Shown here: in pieces, positions 32,213 through 42,595 of the stretch
How positions within the stretch are numbered: the stretch's first letter is position 1
Layout of the letters: every line of letters begins with the position of its first letter
Origin: Gammaproteobacteria bacterium
GTDB lineage: Bacteria > Pseudomonadota > Gammaproteobacteria > CAJXQU01
Assembly (NCBI GenBank): GCA_965223825.1
Contig: OZ245018.1
Location: 2,012,272-2,076,271, forward strand
Reading direction: 5' to 3'
Length of the DNA: 64,000 nucleotides
Made by a program: the position numbers and the translations under genes
Notes under the pieces: model-generated
Database searches by the model: none
Told to the model about the DNA's origin: nothing
Seen by the model: the letters and a program-made list of their open reading frames with translations, nothing else

Positions 32213-32932
32213 TTATTCTTCCGTATTGTTCAGGCTTTGTTCGACATTTTCGCGCGATAAACGGATATGTCGGGCCATATGAAATTGCGCCATCTCAGCA
32301 TCGCGCTGACTGATCGCATCGACAATATATTCATGCTCGGTAAATGCTCGTGGGACGCGTTTACTGACCATGCCGAACTGGTAGCGATATAAACGGATCA
32401 GATGATAAAAATCATGACAAAACATCTCGATCAAGCGTGAGTTTTTACTACCTTTGACAATACGAAAATGAAAATCCATATCGCCTTCTTTTTGAAAATA
32501 ATTCTGATCGTTAACAACTTGAGTTTTATGTTGTTGTAGAAGTAATTGTAGATCTGCGATTTCTTCGTCGGTCATGTTTTTCGCGGCAAGTCCGGCTGCC
32601 AACCCTTCCAGCGATTCGCGAATTTGATAAATCTCAATTAAATGTTGGCGAGATAATTTGACAACACGTGCGCCAACATTCGGTTTTCTTTCGATTAAAT
32701 GACACGCTTCAAGGCGGCTCAATGCTTCACGTAATGGCCCGCGACTCACACCATACTGACGTGAAATAACCGGTTCACTGATCTTACTACCCGCTGAGAT
32801 CTCACCTTCAACAATGGCTTTTTGCAGTTTATGAAAAACGGTTTCAGCAATGGTTTCGTTTGCTGGCGCTGATGTAGTAAGAACGTCAATCGGTAAATCA
32901 GGGATCGTTAGCTTATTCGAAGATTTAGTCAC
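32213..32932 (-). CDS. GntR-family regulator (FadR/FCD subfamily), probably the prp operon regulator.
   Basis: It has an N-terminal wHTH ([18 protein letters not shown]) and an FCD domain. It is the first gene of the prp cluster and has a GTG start. Confidence 0.8.
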   Translation of the reverse strand: MTKSSNKLTIPDLPIDVLTTSAPANETIAETVFHKLQKAIVEGEISAGSKISEPVISRQYGVSRGPLREALSRLEACHLIERKPNVGARVVKLSRQHLIEIYQIRESLEGLAAGLAAKNMTDEEIADLQLLLQQHKTQVVNDQNYFQKEGDMDFHFRIVKGSKNSRLIEMFCHDFYHLIRLYRYQFGMVSKRVPRAFTEHEYIVDAISQRDAEMAQFHMARHIRLSRENVEQSLNNTEE

Positions 32933-32945
32933 ACCAAAACCTTTT

Positions 32946-33017
32946 TTGTCGACAATATATCAATAAATTAGAGTATATATCGATTAAATTTATATTTAAA
33001 TCAATTATTGTCAACAA
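32946..33017. promoter_or_regulatory. Two copies of a GntR-type operator, TTGTCGACAATATAT (32946-32960) and TTGTCAACAATATAT (33008-33022), upstream of the prpR-type gene.
   Basis: The sequence tTGTcgACAa fits the FadR-subfamily consensus t.GT...AC.a. The repeat is duplicated 62 bp apart in the promoter/5'UTR. Confidence 0.45.
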
Positions 33018-33192
33018 TATATGAAAGCCATGTTTAAAGAATATTCGCCGGATTTATATATACGACGAAAAATGGACAACGATATGAAACGAAAAACGAA
33101 GTTAGTACAGATTTATCGAGGTCAAACACGACCGAGAAGACAATAGAACATTGCCCTCTCGGTGTGTCCAAAAATTGAGGTTGGATATTCTT

Positions 33193-33726
33193 TTATTCGA
33201 GGTTTGCGTGGCGTTCGCGCATTTCCTCTTCAGGAATATCCTTCTCGTGGATTAAGTGAGAAACGACCGCTTCAAGAAAAATCAGCGTCGATAACTCAAA
33301 CATGGTACCCATTGGCATGCCTTTGGTCGGGTTGTATTGTGACTCTTCTCCAATCTGCAAAACTTCATCTGCCAGATCAGCGATTGATGAGCTGTCGCGA
33401 GAACTAATGAGTAAAATCCTCGCGCCAACGGATTTCGCTTTTCGAGTAAAACCGATCAACTGCTCAGTTTCACCCGATCCGGAAATCACCACAAATACAT
33501 CGCCGTTGCCAATACTCGGCGTCACAACTTCACCGATCACACTGACCTCATAACCACCGTGCATCAGCCGCATGGCGAGGAAGTTACCGACAAGTTTTGA
33601 ACGCCCAGCACCGCACACGAAAATCCGCCTTGCCTGATCTAAACAGGTGATCAGTTTTGCTTCATATTCGTCCGGAGTGACAGCTAACACATTTTCAATT
33701 TTTTCCAGAATTTGCTGTCGATGCAT
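33193..33726 (-). CDS. hxlB: 6-phospho-3-hexuloisomerase (SIS domain).
   Basis: It has the SIS motif VCGAGRSKLVGNFLAMRL...VISGSGETEQ. It is 177 aa and sits directly downstream of hps. Confidence 0.8.
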   Translation of the reverse strand: MHRQQILEKIENVLAVTPDEYEAKLITCLDQARRIFVCGAGRSKLVGNFLAMRLMHGGYEVSVIGEVVTPSIGNGDVFVVISGSGETEQLIGFTRKAKSVGARILLISSRDSSSIADLADEVLQIGEESQYNPTKGMPMGTMFELSTLIFLEAVVSHLIHEKDIPEEEMRERHANLE

Positions 33727-33732
33727 AGCACG

Positions 33733-34374
33733 TTACCCTTTCGCAAGATTGACAAGTTCGCGTAATTCTCGTGCAGAATCTGCTGGTGAATCCGCTCCAT
33801 AAATTGCCGCGCCGACAACCACAATATCTGCGCCTGCTCTCACCGTGCCTTGAATCGTGTCACGGTTAATCCCACCAGCAACTGACACTTTTACGGGTAA
33901 ATTCAGATCCGCAATGGTTTTTAAATCCTGGAAAGGTGTTTGTCCAGATGCCTGCGCATCCAGACCCGTGTGTACACCAATGATATGTGCACCGTTTGTC
34001 ACCGCGTCTTTTGCGACGGCAACTTTATCTTTAACACCGATCAGATCAACCTGTGCTTCGCCCGCATTTGCATTTGCCGCTTTGATCACGCCTTTAATCG
34101 TTGCCATATCCGCAGCACCCAGTACCGTCGTGATTCTGCCGCCTGCTTTAAAAAACGGTGCGGCTTCATATTCACCGGCGTCCATGGTTTTCAGATCAAC
34201 TAAAATCTTTTTATCTGGATGCGCTGCTTTTAATGCGTGCACAATTTTTTCACCATTAAATTTAATGCATGGTGTACCGATCTCAATAATATCAATATAC
34301 GGTGCTGCCTGAGCAGCAAGTGCCAGCGTAGTGTCAAAGTCTAATGAATCCAATGCTAATTGAATTTCAGCCAT
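33733..34374 (-). CDS. hxlA: 3-hexulose-6-phosphate synthase (OMPDC-fold).
   Basis: Motifs IIEIGTPCIKFNG and VDLKTMDAG are present, and it is 213 aa. Confidence 0.85.
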   Translation of the reverse strand: MAEIQLALDSLDFDTTLALAAQAAPYIDIIEIGTPCIKFNGEKIVHALKAAHPDKKILVDLKTMDAGEYEAAPFFKAGGRITTVLGAADMATIKGVIKAANANAGEAQVDLIGVKDKVAVAKDAVTNGAHIIGVHTGLDAQASGQTPFQDLKTIADLNLPVKVSVAGGINRDTIQGTVRAGADIVVVGAAIYGADSPADSARELRELVNLAKG

Positions 34375-34485
34375 TTTTTATTACTCCATTTAAGTTTAAA
34401 AATTTTCCCCATTATAGGGAAAGTGTTACAGATTCAGTCAATAGAAGTATGACAATCTGTTGTCTTTTGCCTTATTTCAGACAAA

Positions 34486-34512
34486 AAGATGCCTTTACCG
34501 TCAGGTGTAAAA
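34486..34512 (-). terminator. Hairpin downstream of tal, a putative terminator.
   Basis: A perfect 11-bp stem (TACCGTCAGGT / ACCTGACGGTA) has a 5-nt loop. T-rich runs flank both sides. Confidence 0.4.
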
Positions 34513-34558
34513 CCTGACGGTATCTGTTTTCTGTTTATTATTTTGGTGAAAAAGTGGG

Positions 34559-35542
34559 CTAAGCCCAGAGTGCGTTTACACGCTCGGAGAGTTGCTCTTC
34601 CAATGTTTTTTGTGCATCAATAAAGCTGTTAATGCCTTCGGAAAGTTTTTCTGTTGCCATGCGATTTTCGGAGTGCATACGATCAAATGTTGATTTATCC
34701 ACTGTGATTTCTTCGATCGTCATTGCTTGAGATTTATCGATAGACAGTTTTCGTTCAAGCGGCTGAACGGTATTTTTTAATTCGTCTAACAAAGCTGGTG
34801 AGATGGTTAACAGATCAACACCTGCGAGTTCAAGGATCTCACCACTATTACGGAAACTTGCGCCCATCACTTCGGTCTTGAAACCGAACTTTTTGAAGTA
34901 ATGATAAATTTCAGTCACCGATAACACACCGGGATCTTCCGCTGCCGGATACGCATCACGGCCACTTTCTTTTTTGTACCAATCAAGAATTCGTCCAACA
35001 AAGGGGGAGATTAGAGTAATGCCGTGTTGTGCACACGCAATGGCTTGGTGTGATCCGAATATCAAGGTCAGGTTGCAATGAATGCCCTCTTTCTCAAGCA
35101 CTGTGGCGGCTTGAATACCTTCCCACGTTGCGGCGATCTTAATCAGAATCCGATCGCGTGAAATCCCTGCGGCATCGTATTGCGCGATCACCTTACGTGC
35201 TTTTTCAATTGTCGCGCCAGTATCATAAGAAAGTCGTGCGTCAACTTCCGTTGAGATCCGGCCCGGAATAATCGCTAATATTTTCAATCCAAACGCGATC
35301 GCAAGTTGATCAGCCGCTTGTGAAATAATGGCTTCTTCACTAGCGTCAGCACCCAGCTCGCCTCTAACTTTAGCGAGCGTCTCGTCCACAATCGTTTGAT
35401 ATTCCGGCATTTTAGCCGCTGCTGTGATCAAGCTTGGATTTGTTGTTGCGTCACGCGGCGTAAATTGTTCGATCGACAAAATATCGCCCGTATCTGCAAC
35501 AACGGTGGTCATGGTTTTTAATTGTTCAAGTAAGTTCGTCAT
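34559..35542 (-). CDS. tal: Transaldolase.
   Basis: It aligns along its whole length with the TalB pattern ([36 protein letters not shown]). I set the start at MTNLLEQLK by alignment with the TalB N-terminus. Confidence 0.9.
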   Translation of the reverse strand: MTNLLEQLKTMTTVVADTGDILSIEQFTPRDATTNPSLITAAAKMPEYQTIVDETLAKVRGELGADASEEAIISQAADQLAIAFGLKILAIIPGRISTEVDARLSYDTGATIEKARKVIAQYDAAGISRDRILIKIAATWEGIQAATVLEKEGIHCNLTLIFGSHQAIACAQHGITLISPFVGRILDWYKKESGRDAYPAAEDPGVLSVTEIYHYFKKFGFKTEVMGASFRNSGEILELAGVDLLTISPALLDELKNTVQPLERKLSIDKSQAMTIEEITVDKSTFDRMHSENRMATEKLSEGINSFIDAQKTLEEQLSERVNALWA

Positions 35543-35896
35543 GGTCATCAATTCTTCAATTCATAGAGTTAATTGCACTGCAATTCGCAAAAACGAATGA
35601 CAATGCCCGAATCATTTCTTTCAGGCAAGTAACTTGCCATATGTAAAGGTAATAATTCGAAACAAGCGTATAAGGAAATAAATCGCCTTTAACGCAATTC
35701 TATTTGGAAATTAGGATGGCCAGCGTCGCCAGCAATAGGCGAGAGGAAGAGTGACACGGGAACGTGTCGAGCTAGAAACTGAAAATTTATGTGAGGTCAG
35801 TGGACTCTCTGTAAGAGGCCCAAAGCATTCAACTCGATCAGACATCATCAAACCCTGATATGGTGTAAATGGTGCAACGCACTATATCGGAGATAT

Positions 35897-35923
35897 TTTC
35901 AAAAAGGAATACCCTTTTTGAAA
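35897..35923 (-). terminator. Hairpin downstream of the SDR gene.
   Basis: A perfect 11-bp stem (TTTCAAAAAGG / CCTTTTTGAAA) has a 5-nt loop. It is AT-rich, with no clean U-tract. Confidence 0.3.
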
Positions 35924-35949
35924 ATAATTTTATTCTCCGCTGTAACTAA

Positions 35950-36744
35950 TCAGAATGCGCTTTTCACAACGCCACCATCAACACGCACTGCTGCACCATT
36001 GGTTGCTGATGCTAGCGGGCTACTTAGGTAGGTGATCATATTCGCGACTTCATCGACACTTGCGAAACGTTGAATTAATGACGTTGGCCGCGCGGATTTA
36101 AAAAATTCCGTTTCCATTTCTTCAAATGTAACGCCTTGTTGTTCACAGAGCTTGCCGACGAAATCATCAACGCCTTCTGATCGCGTTGGTCCTGGCAAGA
36201 CTGAATTGACCGTAATGTTCGTGCCTTTTGTGGTTTCGGCCAATCCACGTGCGATCGCAATTTGTGCTGATTTTGTCATACCGTAATGAATCATTTCTTC
36301 AGGGATTTGCATGCCCGATTCACTGGAAATAAAGATCACCCTGCCCCAATTATTCTTCCGCATGTTACGAATATAATAGCGCGATAAACGCACGCCGCTC
36401 ATGATGTTGGTATTAAAAAATTCCAACCATTCCTGATCAGCAATTTCATCAAACTCAACGGGGTTGAAAATGCCTAAATTATTAATCAGGATATCGACTT
36501 CCGGCACCGCTTGAAACAAGCATTCACAGCCCGCTGCGGTGGAAAGATCGGCCGCCATACCAACAATATTCGCATCCGGCACTTGCGCTTTTATTTCCTC
36601 AACGGCCGCATTCACGGAGGCATCGCTTCGGCCATTCAGAATCACTTTTGCGCCTTCTTGTGCTAAACGACTTACCGTTGCGAAACCAATCCCTTTTGTT
36701 GAACCACTAACCAACGCTGTTTTATCCGCCAGTTGTAAATCCAT
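35950..36744 (-). CDS. SDR-family oxidoreductase.
   Basis: It has a TGxxxGxG-like N-terminus (SGSTKGIGFA) and a YxxxK catalytic motif. Confidence 0.85.
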   Translation of the reverse strand: MDLQLADKTALVSGSTKGIGFATVSRLAQEGAKVILNGRSDASVNAAVEEIKAQVPDANIVGMAADLSTAAGCECLFQAVPEVDILINNLGIFNPVEFDEIADQEWLEFFNTNIMSGVRLSRYYIRNMRKNNWGRVIFISSESGMQIPEEMIHYGMTKSAQIAIARGLAETTKGTNITVNSVLPGPTRSEGVDDFVGKLCEQQGVTFEEMETEFFKSARPTSLIQRFASVDEVANMITYLSSPLASATNGAAVRVDGGVVKSAF

Positions 36745-36783
36745 TATCCTCTCCTCATAAAATTGTTAAGTGCAGAATACGAC

Positions 36784-38079
36784 CTACGTCATCTGTCTGA
36801 GTTCTTTTATTAAAAAATCAATTTCACTTGATGTATTAAAATGTGCAAATGAAATCCGTAACACGCCAGACGTGGGGTCAAGTTTTAACGCCTGTAAACA
36901 TCGCCATGCGTAAAAGCAACCGCCTTGCACTGCGATATTTTTCGCCGCTAATTTTTGTGCAAGCTCTAAGGGCGTTTGATCATTCAGTATTCGGAAACTG
37001 TACGTCGGTGATCGCTGCGCGGTGTTGGAATCTGACTTTCCAATTAATTGAAGCTGATCAAGCGCAGGTATTTGTTGCAAGAACTGTTCGGCCAACTGAG
37101 TTTCGTAAGCGGTGATTAAGGCGAAAACCTGCGTAACAACATCATGAAAATGTGTTATCTCATTATCAAAATGATGTTTATGTAAAGCATTAAAATAATT
37201 CACCAGACCGATCAAACTTGCGACAGACTCATGATTCACTAAGCCAGGGTTTAAGGCGATCCGTAAGTAATTCGGTGCGCCCGGTGTCGTTTTGCTGGCA
37301 TATAACTCCGGCATAAAGTCGAGAGATTGGTTTTGTAATTTATCGTGATGTGTTTGCTTCACATACAATAACCCTAAATGCGGGCCGAAAACTTTATATA
37401 AACTCAGTGTGTAAAAATCGACACCAAGTGCTTGCATATCCAACGCATGGTGTGGCGCGTAAGAAACACCATCGACCAGCAACATGGCATCACATTCATG
37501 CACGAGTCCAGCGATTCGTTTTACGTCGTTGACTGATCCGACAATATTAGAACTGTGAGGTATGCAGACCAGTTTTGTATCCGTCGACAGTAACGCGATT
37601 AAATCATCAACTTCCAGCTCGCCAGTTATCGGATTCAGCTGCCATTCATTGATCACCGCACCACAGCGCTCTAAACGACGCCAAGGAGAAATGTTGGATT
37701 CGTGATCTTGGTTGGTAACAATCACTTCATCGCCCGGTTTGAAATGCGGTCGCAACGCTTTCGCCAGCATCACCAGATTCATCGTCGTGCTATGCCCGAT
37801 AACAATCTCAGACGCGTCGGCATTGATCATCTCAGCCATCGCGACCGTGGCGGTCTCAATCATGTTCGTGGCTTCTTCCGACATCGCATACGGACCATAC
37901 GGCTGGACTTTGGTGTTGATCAGAAAATCTTCCATCTGATCAATCACCTGCTTAGGTACGTAAGTCCCACCGGCATTTTCAAAAAATGCGATATCTTTAT
38001 AACGACCTTCAGTCAGCGCTGGATATTGTTGCCGAACAAAATCACTATCCAACGTCTCACGTACCGCTACTTCCGTCAC
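36784..38079 (-). CDS. Class V (cysteine desulfurase-like) PLP-dependent enzyme.
   Basis: The PLP-lysine motif SLYKVFGPHLG is present. It is 431 aa. Confidence 0.7.
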   Translation of the reverse strand: MTEVAVRETLDSDFVRQQYPALTEGRYKDIAFFENAGGTYVPKQVIDQMEDFLINTKVQPYGPYAMSEEATNMIETATVAMAEMINADASEIVIGHSTTMNLVMLAKALRPHFKPGDEVIVTNQDHESNISPWRRLERCGAVINEWQLNPITGELEVDDLIALLSTDTKLVCIPHSSNIVGSVNDVKRIAGLVHECDAMLLVDGVSYAPHHALDMQALGVDFYTLSLYKVFGPHLGLLYVKQTHHDKLQNQSLDFMPELYASKTTPGAPNYLRIALNPGLVNHESVASLIGLVNYFNALHKHHFDNEITHFHDVVTQVFALITAYETQLAEQFLQQIPALDQLQLIGKSDSNTAQRSPTYSFRILNDQTPLELAQKLAAKNIAVQGGCFYAWRCLQALKLDPTSGVLRISFAHFNTSSEIDFLIKELRQMT

Positions 38080-40466
38080 TATTTGGCCTCAACACCTGCC
38101 ATGTACAACCACGTGTCGATCACCGTATCGGGATTCAACGACATGCTTTCAATGCCTTCATCGAGTAACCATTTGGCTAAGTCAGGGTGATCAGATGGGC
38201 CTTGTCCGCAAATACCCACGTATTTACCGGCTTTCTTGCATGCAGCGATTGCGCGAGAGAGCATGAACTTGACCGCTTCATCACGCTCATCAAACAGTTC
38301 GGAGACCAGTCCTGAGTCGCGATCAAGCGCGAGGGTCAGTTGTGTCATGTCGTTGGAACCGATGGAGAAGCCATCAAAGTATTCAAGGAATTTATCCGCA
38401 AGAATGGCATTACTCGGCACTTCGCACATCATGATGAGCTTGAGGCCGTTCTTGCCACGTTCTAGTCCGTATTTGGCGAGTAGTTCAACCACCGCTTTGG
38501 CTTGGCCGACGGTGCGCACAAACGGCACCATGACCCAGACGTTTTGCAGATTCATGTTGTCGCGCACGTAGCGCAGCGCACGGCATTCCAGCTCAAAGCA
38601 CGGTTCAAAATCAGCGGATAAATAGCGTGAGGTACCGCGATAGCCGATCATGGGGTTTTCTTCTTCCGGCTCAAAGTCGGGACCGCCAATGAGGTTCGCG
38701 TATTCGTTGGATTTAAAATCCGAAAGCCGCACGATGACCGGATTCGGCGCAAATGCCGCACCAAGCGTCGAGATACCTTCGATGAGCTTTTGTACGTAAA
38801 ATTCTACTGGATCGGCATACGCAGCGATGCGCGGTGCGATGTTGGCTTTCAGTTCATCACTGATGTTGTCGTATTCGAGTAAGGCCCGCGGGTGAATGCC
38901 GATCTTGTTGTTGATAATAAATTCGAGTCGAGCCAAACCAACACCGGCATTTGGGATCTGTGCAAAAGACATGGCTTTGCCGGGGTTGCCGACGTTCATC
39001 ATGATCTTCAGCGGTGCTGGTGGCATGTTGTCAAGTTCGACGCGGTTCACGACAAAGTCAACGTCACCATCAAATATTTGTCCGACTTCGCCTTCTGAAC
39101 AAGCAACGGTGACGGCTTGATCTTGTTGTATGACTTGCGTCGCATCACCACAGCCCACAACGGCCGGAACGCCGAGTTCACGTGCAATGATCGCCGCATG
39201 GCAGGTTCGTCCACCCCGATCTGTGACGATCGCGGAGGCGCGTTTCATGACGGGCTCCCAGTCCGGATCGGTCATTTGTGTGACCAACACGTCGCCGTCT
39301 TGCAGGTCGTCCATGTCTTCCAATCGGTGAATCACTTTGGCGTTACCTGCGCCGATCTTTTGGCCTATCGCCGCGCCAGTGATAATAACGTCCGCTTGAC
39401 CTTTTAATTCAAAACGTTCGATCACATTAACATTGCCGCGACTTTGCACCGTTTCAGGACGCGCCTGCACGATGTAGACCTTTTTGTCTTCGCCGTCCAA
39501 CGCCCATTCAATGTCCATAGGACGACCATAGTGTTTTTCAATAATCATGGCTTGGCGAGCCAGATCTTCAAGGTAGTCATCTGTTAAACAAAACTGTGCA
39601 GCATCAGCTGGATCAACGTCGATGGTTTTCACCAACTCGCCAGCGTCATCATCGTTGTAGATCATTTTGATCAGTTTGCTGCCGAGGCTGCGGCTTAAAA
39701 CGGCGGGATGATCCGAAACAAGATTTGGTTTATAGACGTAGTATTCATCGGGATTGACCGCGCCTTGAACGACGGTTTCACCGAGGCCGTAACTGCCGGT
39801 GATAAATACGGCTTGGTCGTAACCGGATTCGGTATCGAGGGTGAACATGACGCCGCTGACGCCAATGTCACTGCGCACCATGCGTTGCAGGCCCGCAGAG
39901 AGCGCGACCTCTTCGTGTTTAAAGTCGTGATGCACACGATAAGCAATGGCGCGATCGTTGTATAATGAGGCGTAGACTTCTTTCACGCGCAGCAGCACAT
40001 CGTCGATGCCACGTACGTTGAGGAAAGTTTCTTGTTGACCGGCGAAGCTGGCATCGGGTAAATCTTCAGCGGTAGCAGAGGAGCGCACGGCGATGGAGGC
40101 GCCATTAGCCGTGCCTTCGGATAGGCTGGCGTAAGCGGTTTTAATCGCGTCATCTAAATCGGGTTGAAACGGTGCCTCAATAATCCACTGACGAATATCG
40201 GCACCTGCGGCGTTGAGATCGCTCACCTTGTTGGTATCCAATCCGACCAAGCGTGTTTGAATGCGTTCGCGCAACTTGTTGTGATCGAGAAAATCCCAGA
40301 ATGCTTGTGCGGTGGTTGCATAACCATCCGGTACGCTCACGCCGGCATTGGCCAAATGGCTGATCATTTCACCGAGGGAGGCGTTCTTCCCACCGACGAT
40401 GCCGACATCGTCCATACCCAGTTCGCGAAACGGTTTGACGTACGCATTTGAGACGAGGTTTTTCAT
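38079..40466 (-). CDS. ppsA: Phosphoenolpyruvate synthase.
   Basis: It is 795 aa. Motifs [34 protein letters not shown] and the C-terminal PEP-utilising domain are present. Confidence 0.95.
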   Translation of the reverse strand: MKNLVSNAYVKPFRELGMDDVGIVGGKNASLGEMISHLANAGVSVPDGYATTAQAFWDFLDHNKLRERIQTRLVGLDTNKVSDLNAAGADIRQWIIEAPFQPDLDDAIKTAYASLSEGTANGASIAVRSSATAEDLPDASFAGQQETFLNVRGIDDVLLRVKEVYASLYNDRAIAYRVHHDFKHEEVALSAGLQRMVRSDIGVSGVMFTLDTESGYDQAVFITGSYGLGETVVQGAVNPDEYYVYKPNLVSDHPAVLSRSLGSKLIKMIYNDDDAGELVKTIDVDPADAAQFCLTDDYLEDLARQAMIIEKHYGRPMDIEWALDGEDKKVYIVQARPETVQSRGNVNVIERFELKGQADVIITGAAIGQKIGAGNAKVIHRLEDMDDLQDGDVLVTQMTDPDWEPVMKRASAIVTDRGGRTCHAAIIARELGVPAVVGCGDATQVIQQDQAVTVACSEGEVGQIFDGDVDFVVNRVELDNMPPAPLKIMMNVGNPGKAMSFAQIPNAGVGLARLEFIINNKIGIHPRALLEYDNISDELKANIAPRIAAYADPVEFYVQKLIEGISTLGAAFAPNPVIVRLSDFKSNEYANLIGGPDFEPEEENPMIGYRGTSRYLSADFEPCFELECRALRYVRDNMNLQNVWVMVPFVRTVGQAKAVVELLAKYGLERGKNGLKLIMMCEVPSNAILADKFLEYFDGFSIGSNDMTQLTLALDRDSGLVSELFDERDEAVKFMLSRAIAACKKAGKYVGICGQGPSDHPDLAKWLLDEGIESMSLNPDTVIDTWLYMAGVEAK

Positions 40467-40508
40467 AAGGTTTACCTATCATTTAGACGGTCCATTCCTT
40501 GGGCCGCA

Positions 40509-41351
40509 TTATTTTCGTTTTAGTAGATTTTTTTCTTTTGCAATTTTGACCGCGATCTCTTCAATCGAGATACTGGTTGAGTCGAATACCGTTAAACCTG
40601 ATCTGGCCATCATCTTATCGGCCTGTTTCAATTCTTTTTTACATTGATCTAACGACGCATAGGGTGAATTTGGTCGGCGCTGTTGTCGGATCGCACTAAG
40701 CTGATCAGCGCGGATCGTCAGCCCAACGGTTTTATCCAAATGTTTTTGTAAGAAATCGGGAAGCTCAGTGTGATGCAGATCATCATCCGTGAGCGGATAA
40801 TTCGCCGCTTTAATGGAGAAGTTCATCGCGAGATATAAACACGTCGGTGTTTTTGCACAACGCGACACACCAACCAGAATAATGTCCGCTTCCTCAAACT
40901 GAGTCGTCAACATGCCATCATCATTACGCAGAGTAAAATCAATCGCGTCGATGTGTTCGCTGTATTCGCGATCATCAAATTCTTCGTGAGGTTGGCCGGT
41001 GCTGTGCGACGATTCAATATTCAGATGTTTTTCTAATGGATCAATAAATTCATTAAATAAACTCACCAGGCAGGCGTCTGTATTAGCAATTATTTTTTCG
41101 ACAGATTCATCCACAATCGTACTGATCACGATCGGGGCTGTTCCGTTGCGAGTGGTGATGGACTGAATGTCGTTTACGATCTGTTCAGCATCAGCTTGAT
41201 TCGTGACAAAGGAGTAGGTTTTGTGTTCAAAATCGACCGATCCAAACTGCGATAATAAACTCAACCCGATAGATTCTGCTGTTTTGCCGGTGCGATCTGA
41301 AACAAAAAAGACACTGTTTTTCGCGATTTTTTCAGTCATGCGATTTTCCAA
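40509..41351 (-). CDS. ppsR: PEP synthase regulatory protein (bifunctional kinase/pyrophosphorylase).
   Basis: The N-terminus reads FFVSDRTGKTAE. A P-loop-like GVSRCAKTPTCLYLA is present. It is 280 aa. Confidence 0.8.
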   Translation of the reverse strand: MENRMTEKIAKNSVFFVSDRTGKTAESIGLSLLSQFGSVDFEHKTYSFVTNQADAEQIVNDIQSITTRNGTAPIVISTIVDESVEKIIANTDACLVSLFNEFIDPLEKHLNIESSHSTGQPHEEFDDREYSEHIDAIDFTLRNDDGMLTTQFEEADIILVGVSRCAKTPTCLYLAMNFSIKAANYPLTDDDLHHTELPDFLQKHLDKTVGLTIRADQLSAIRQQRRPNSPYASLDQCKKELKQADKMMARSGLTVFDSTSISIEEIAVKIAKEKNLLKRK

Positions 41352-41377
41352 CGTGATAAGTCTTGCTCAGGTCATCG

Positions 41378-42193
41378 TCACTCAGCGAGAAAATCTGAAA
41401 CCAATTGGTTAAATCGATCTGCATGTTCTATCTGCGTCCAGTGACCACATTGCCCAAACAAGTGGAGTTGTGATCGTTCGATCAATGAGAACAAGCGTAA
41501 CGCATTTTCATGTGGAATAACGTGATCTTCTCGACCATGTAGAATTAATGTGTCTTGCTGAAGTGCCTGAATGTCCGCTTCCGAACTGGCCATGGCCTTG
41601 ATCGCATTCTGCCGTGGTGCAGGAAACATTTTCTCGAACGATTCCTGAAACCCAGGACGAATGCTGGCCTGATACCGAAGTTCGGCTAATTCATCGGTAA
41701 CCAAGTTCCGATCATACGCAAAAATATCAAGTAATTTCCGCATATTCGCGAGTGAAGGTTGATATCCCCAAGTTTTATCTAGGCCATCTGTCAATTGGAA
41801 CTCTAAACCAACACTGCCCATCAGCACCAGTTTTTTTACCCGATCAGGATGTTGGATAGCCAGGGCCAAAGCCAACGCACCACCAAACGAATTGCCGATG
41901 ATCGGTGCCGATTCAATACTCAACGCATCCATCACGCCGATGAGCTGATCAACCCAGTTTTGCATGGTGTAGTTATAATCATCAGGTCGTTCAGTAAAAC
42001 CAAAGCCCACCATATCCGGTGCGATCACGCGATATTTTTTCGCTAAAACTGGCAAGCTCAAGCGCCAGTTTGCCCATGCACTCACACCGGGGCCAGAGCC
42101 ATGAATCATTATGACCGGTTCACCTTTCCCGAGATCATGATAATTCGTTTGAATACCATTAGCCTGAATTGACAAACTGATTTCTGGGTTCAT
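41378..42193 (-). CDS. dmpD: 2-hydroxymuconate-semialdehyde hydrolase (alpha/beta hydrolase, meta-cleavage product hydrolase).
   Basis: Motifs HGSGPGVSAWANW and the GNSFGG nucleophile elbow match DmpD/XylF. I chose the first ATG; the track's start is GTG at 42214. Confidence 0.8.
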   Translation of the reverse strand: MNPEISLSIQANGIQTNYHDLGKGEPVIMIHGSGPGVSAWANWRLSLPVLAKKYRVIAPDMVGFGFTERPDDYNYTMQNWVDQLIGVMDALSIESAPIIGNSFGGALALALAIQHPDRVKKLVLMGSVGLEFQLTDGLDKTWGYQPSLANMRKLLDIFAYDRNLVTDELAELRYQASIRPGFQESFEKMFPAPRQNAIKAMASSEADIQALQQDTLILHGREDHVIPHENALRLFSLIERSQLHLFGQCGHWTQIEHADRFNQLVSDFLAE

Positions 42194-42263
42194 ACCGATC
42201 GCCTCATATGACACTTTATGTTAATGATCGAAAATATATAATTCATATACGTGAATTTTATCT

Positions 42264-42291
42264 ATTCTTTTTTTAATTCTTAATTCTTAAT
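42264..42291. repeat. Heptanucleotide tandem repeat (TTAATTC)x4 in the promoter region of the hydrolase gene.
   Basis: I read it directly: ttaattc ttaattc ttaattc ttaattc. Confidence 0.6.
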
Positions 42292-42374
42292 TCTTAATTC
42301 TTTTAAATAATTTTTCTTAAAAATTTAAACAACACTATTATTAAATTTTAGTTGAACTGATCAAGTCGACAGAT

Positions 42375-42413
42375 AAAAAAATGCGGGTTAAAGATATAAA
42401 ATCAATAACCCGC
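42375..42413 (-). terminator. Rho-independent terminator (minus strand) between the 4-oxalocrotonate decarboxylase and hydrolase genes.
   Basis: On the minus strand it reads GCGGGTTA ttgattttatatctt TAACCCGC followed by ATTTTTTT. Confidence 0.55.
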
Positions 42414-42595
42414 CAATACTGGGACGTCAAATGGCTAGAGAGTTAAAGGAAGTCACAATCATCCTGATTGTCGTGCTGTCATCCTTGCGAAGATTAAATG
42501 AACTCTAGAATCACTTAATCCACATTCGTTACATTACATCCTTCACTTTTCTCAACTCTGCCCAGTCTACTGTTAACGACTTACTTCACTTCAAA

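Noticed and set aside
42215-42595. A possible 4-oxalocrotonate tautomerase (about 63 aa) or other small gene in the spacer between the decarboxylase and hydrolase.
   Set aside because: I translated the minus strand by hand. The only ATG-initiated frames are 11 codons or shorter (for example MIVTSFNSLAI) and none starts MP..., so no tautomerase-like ORF is present.
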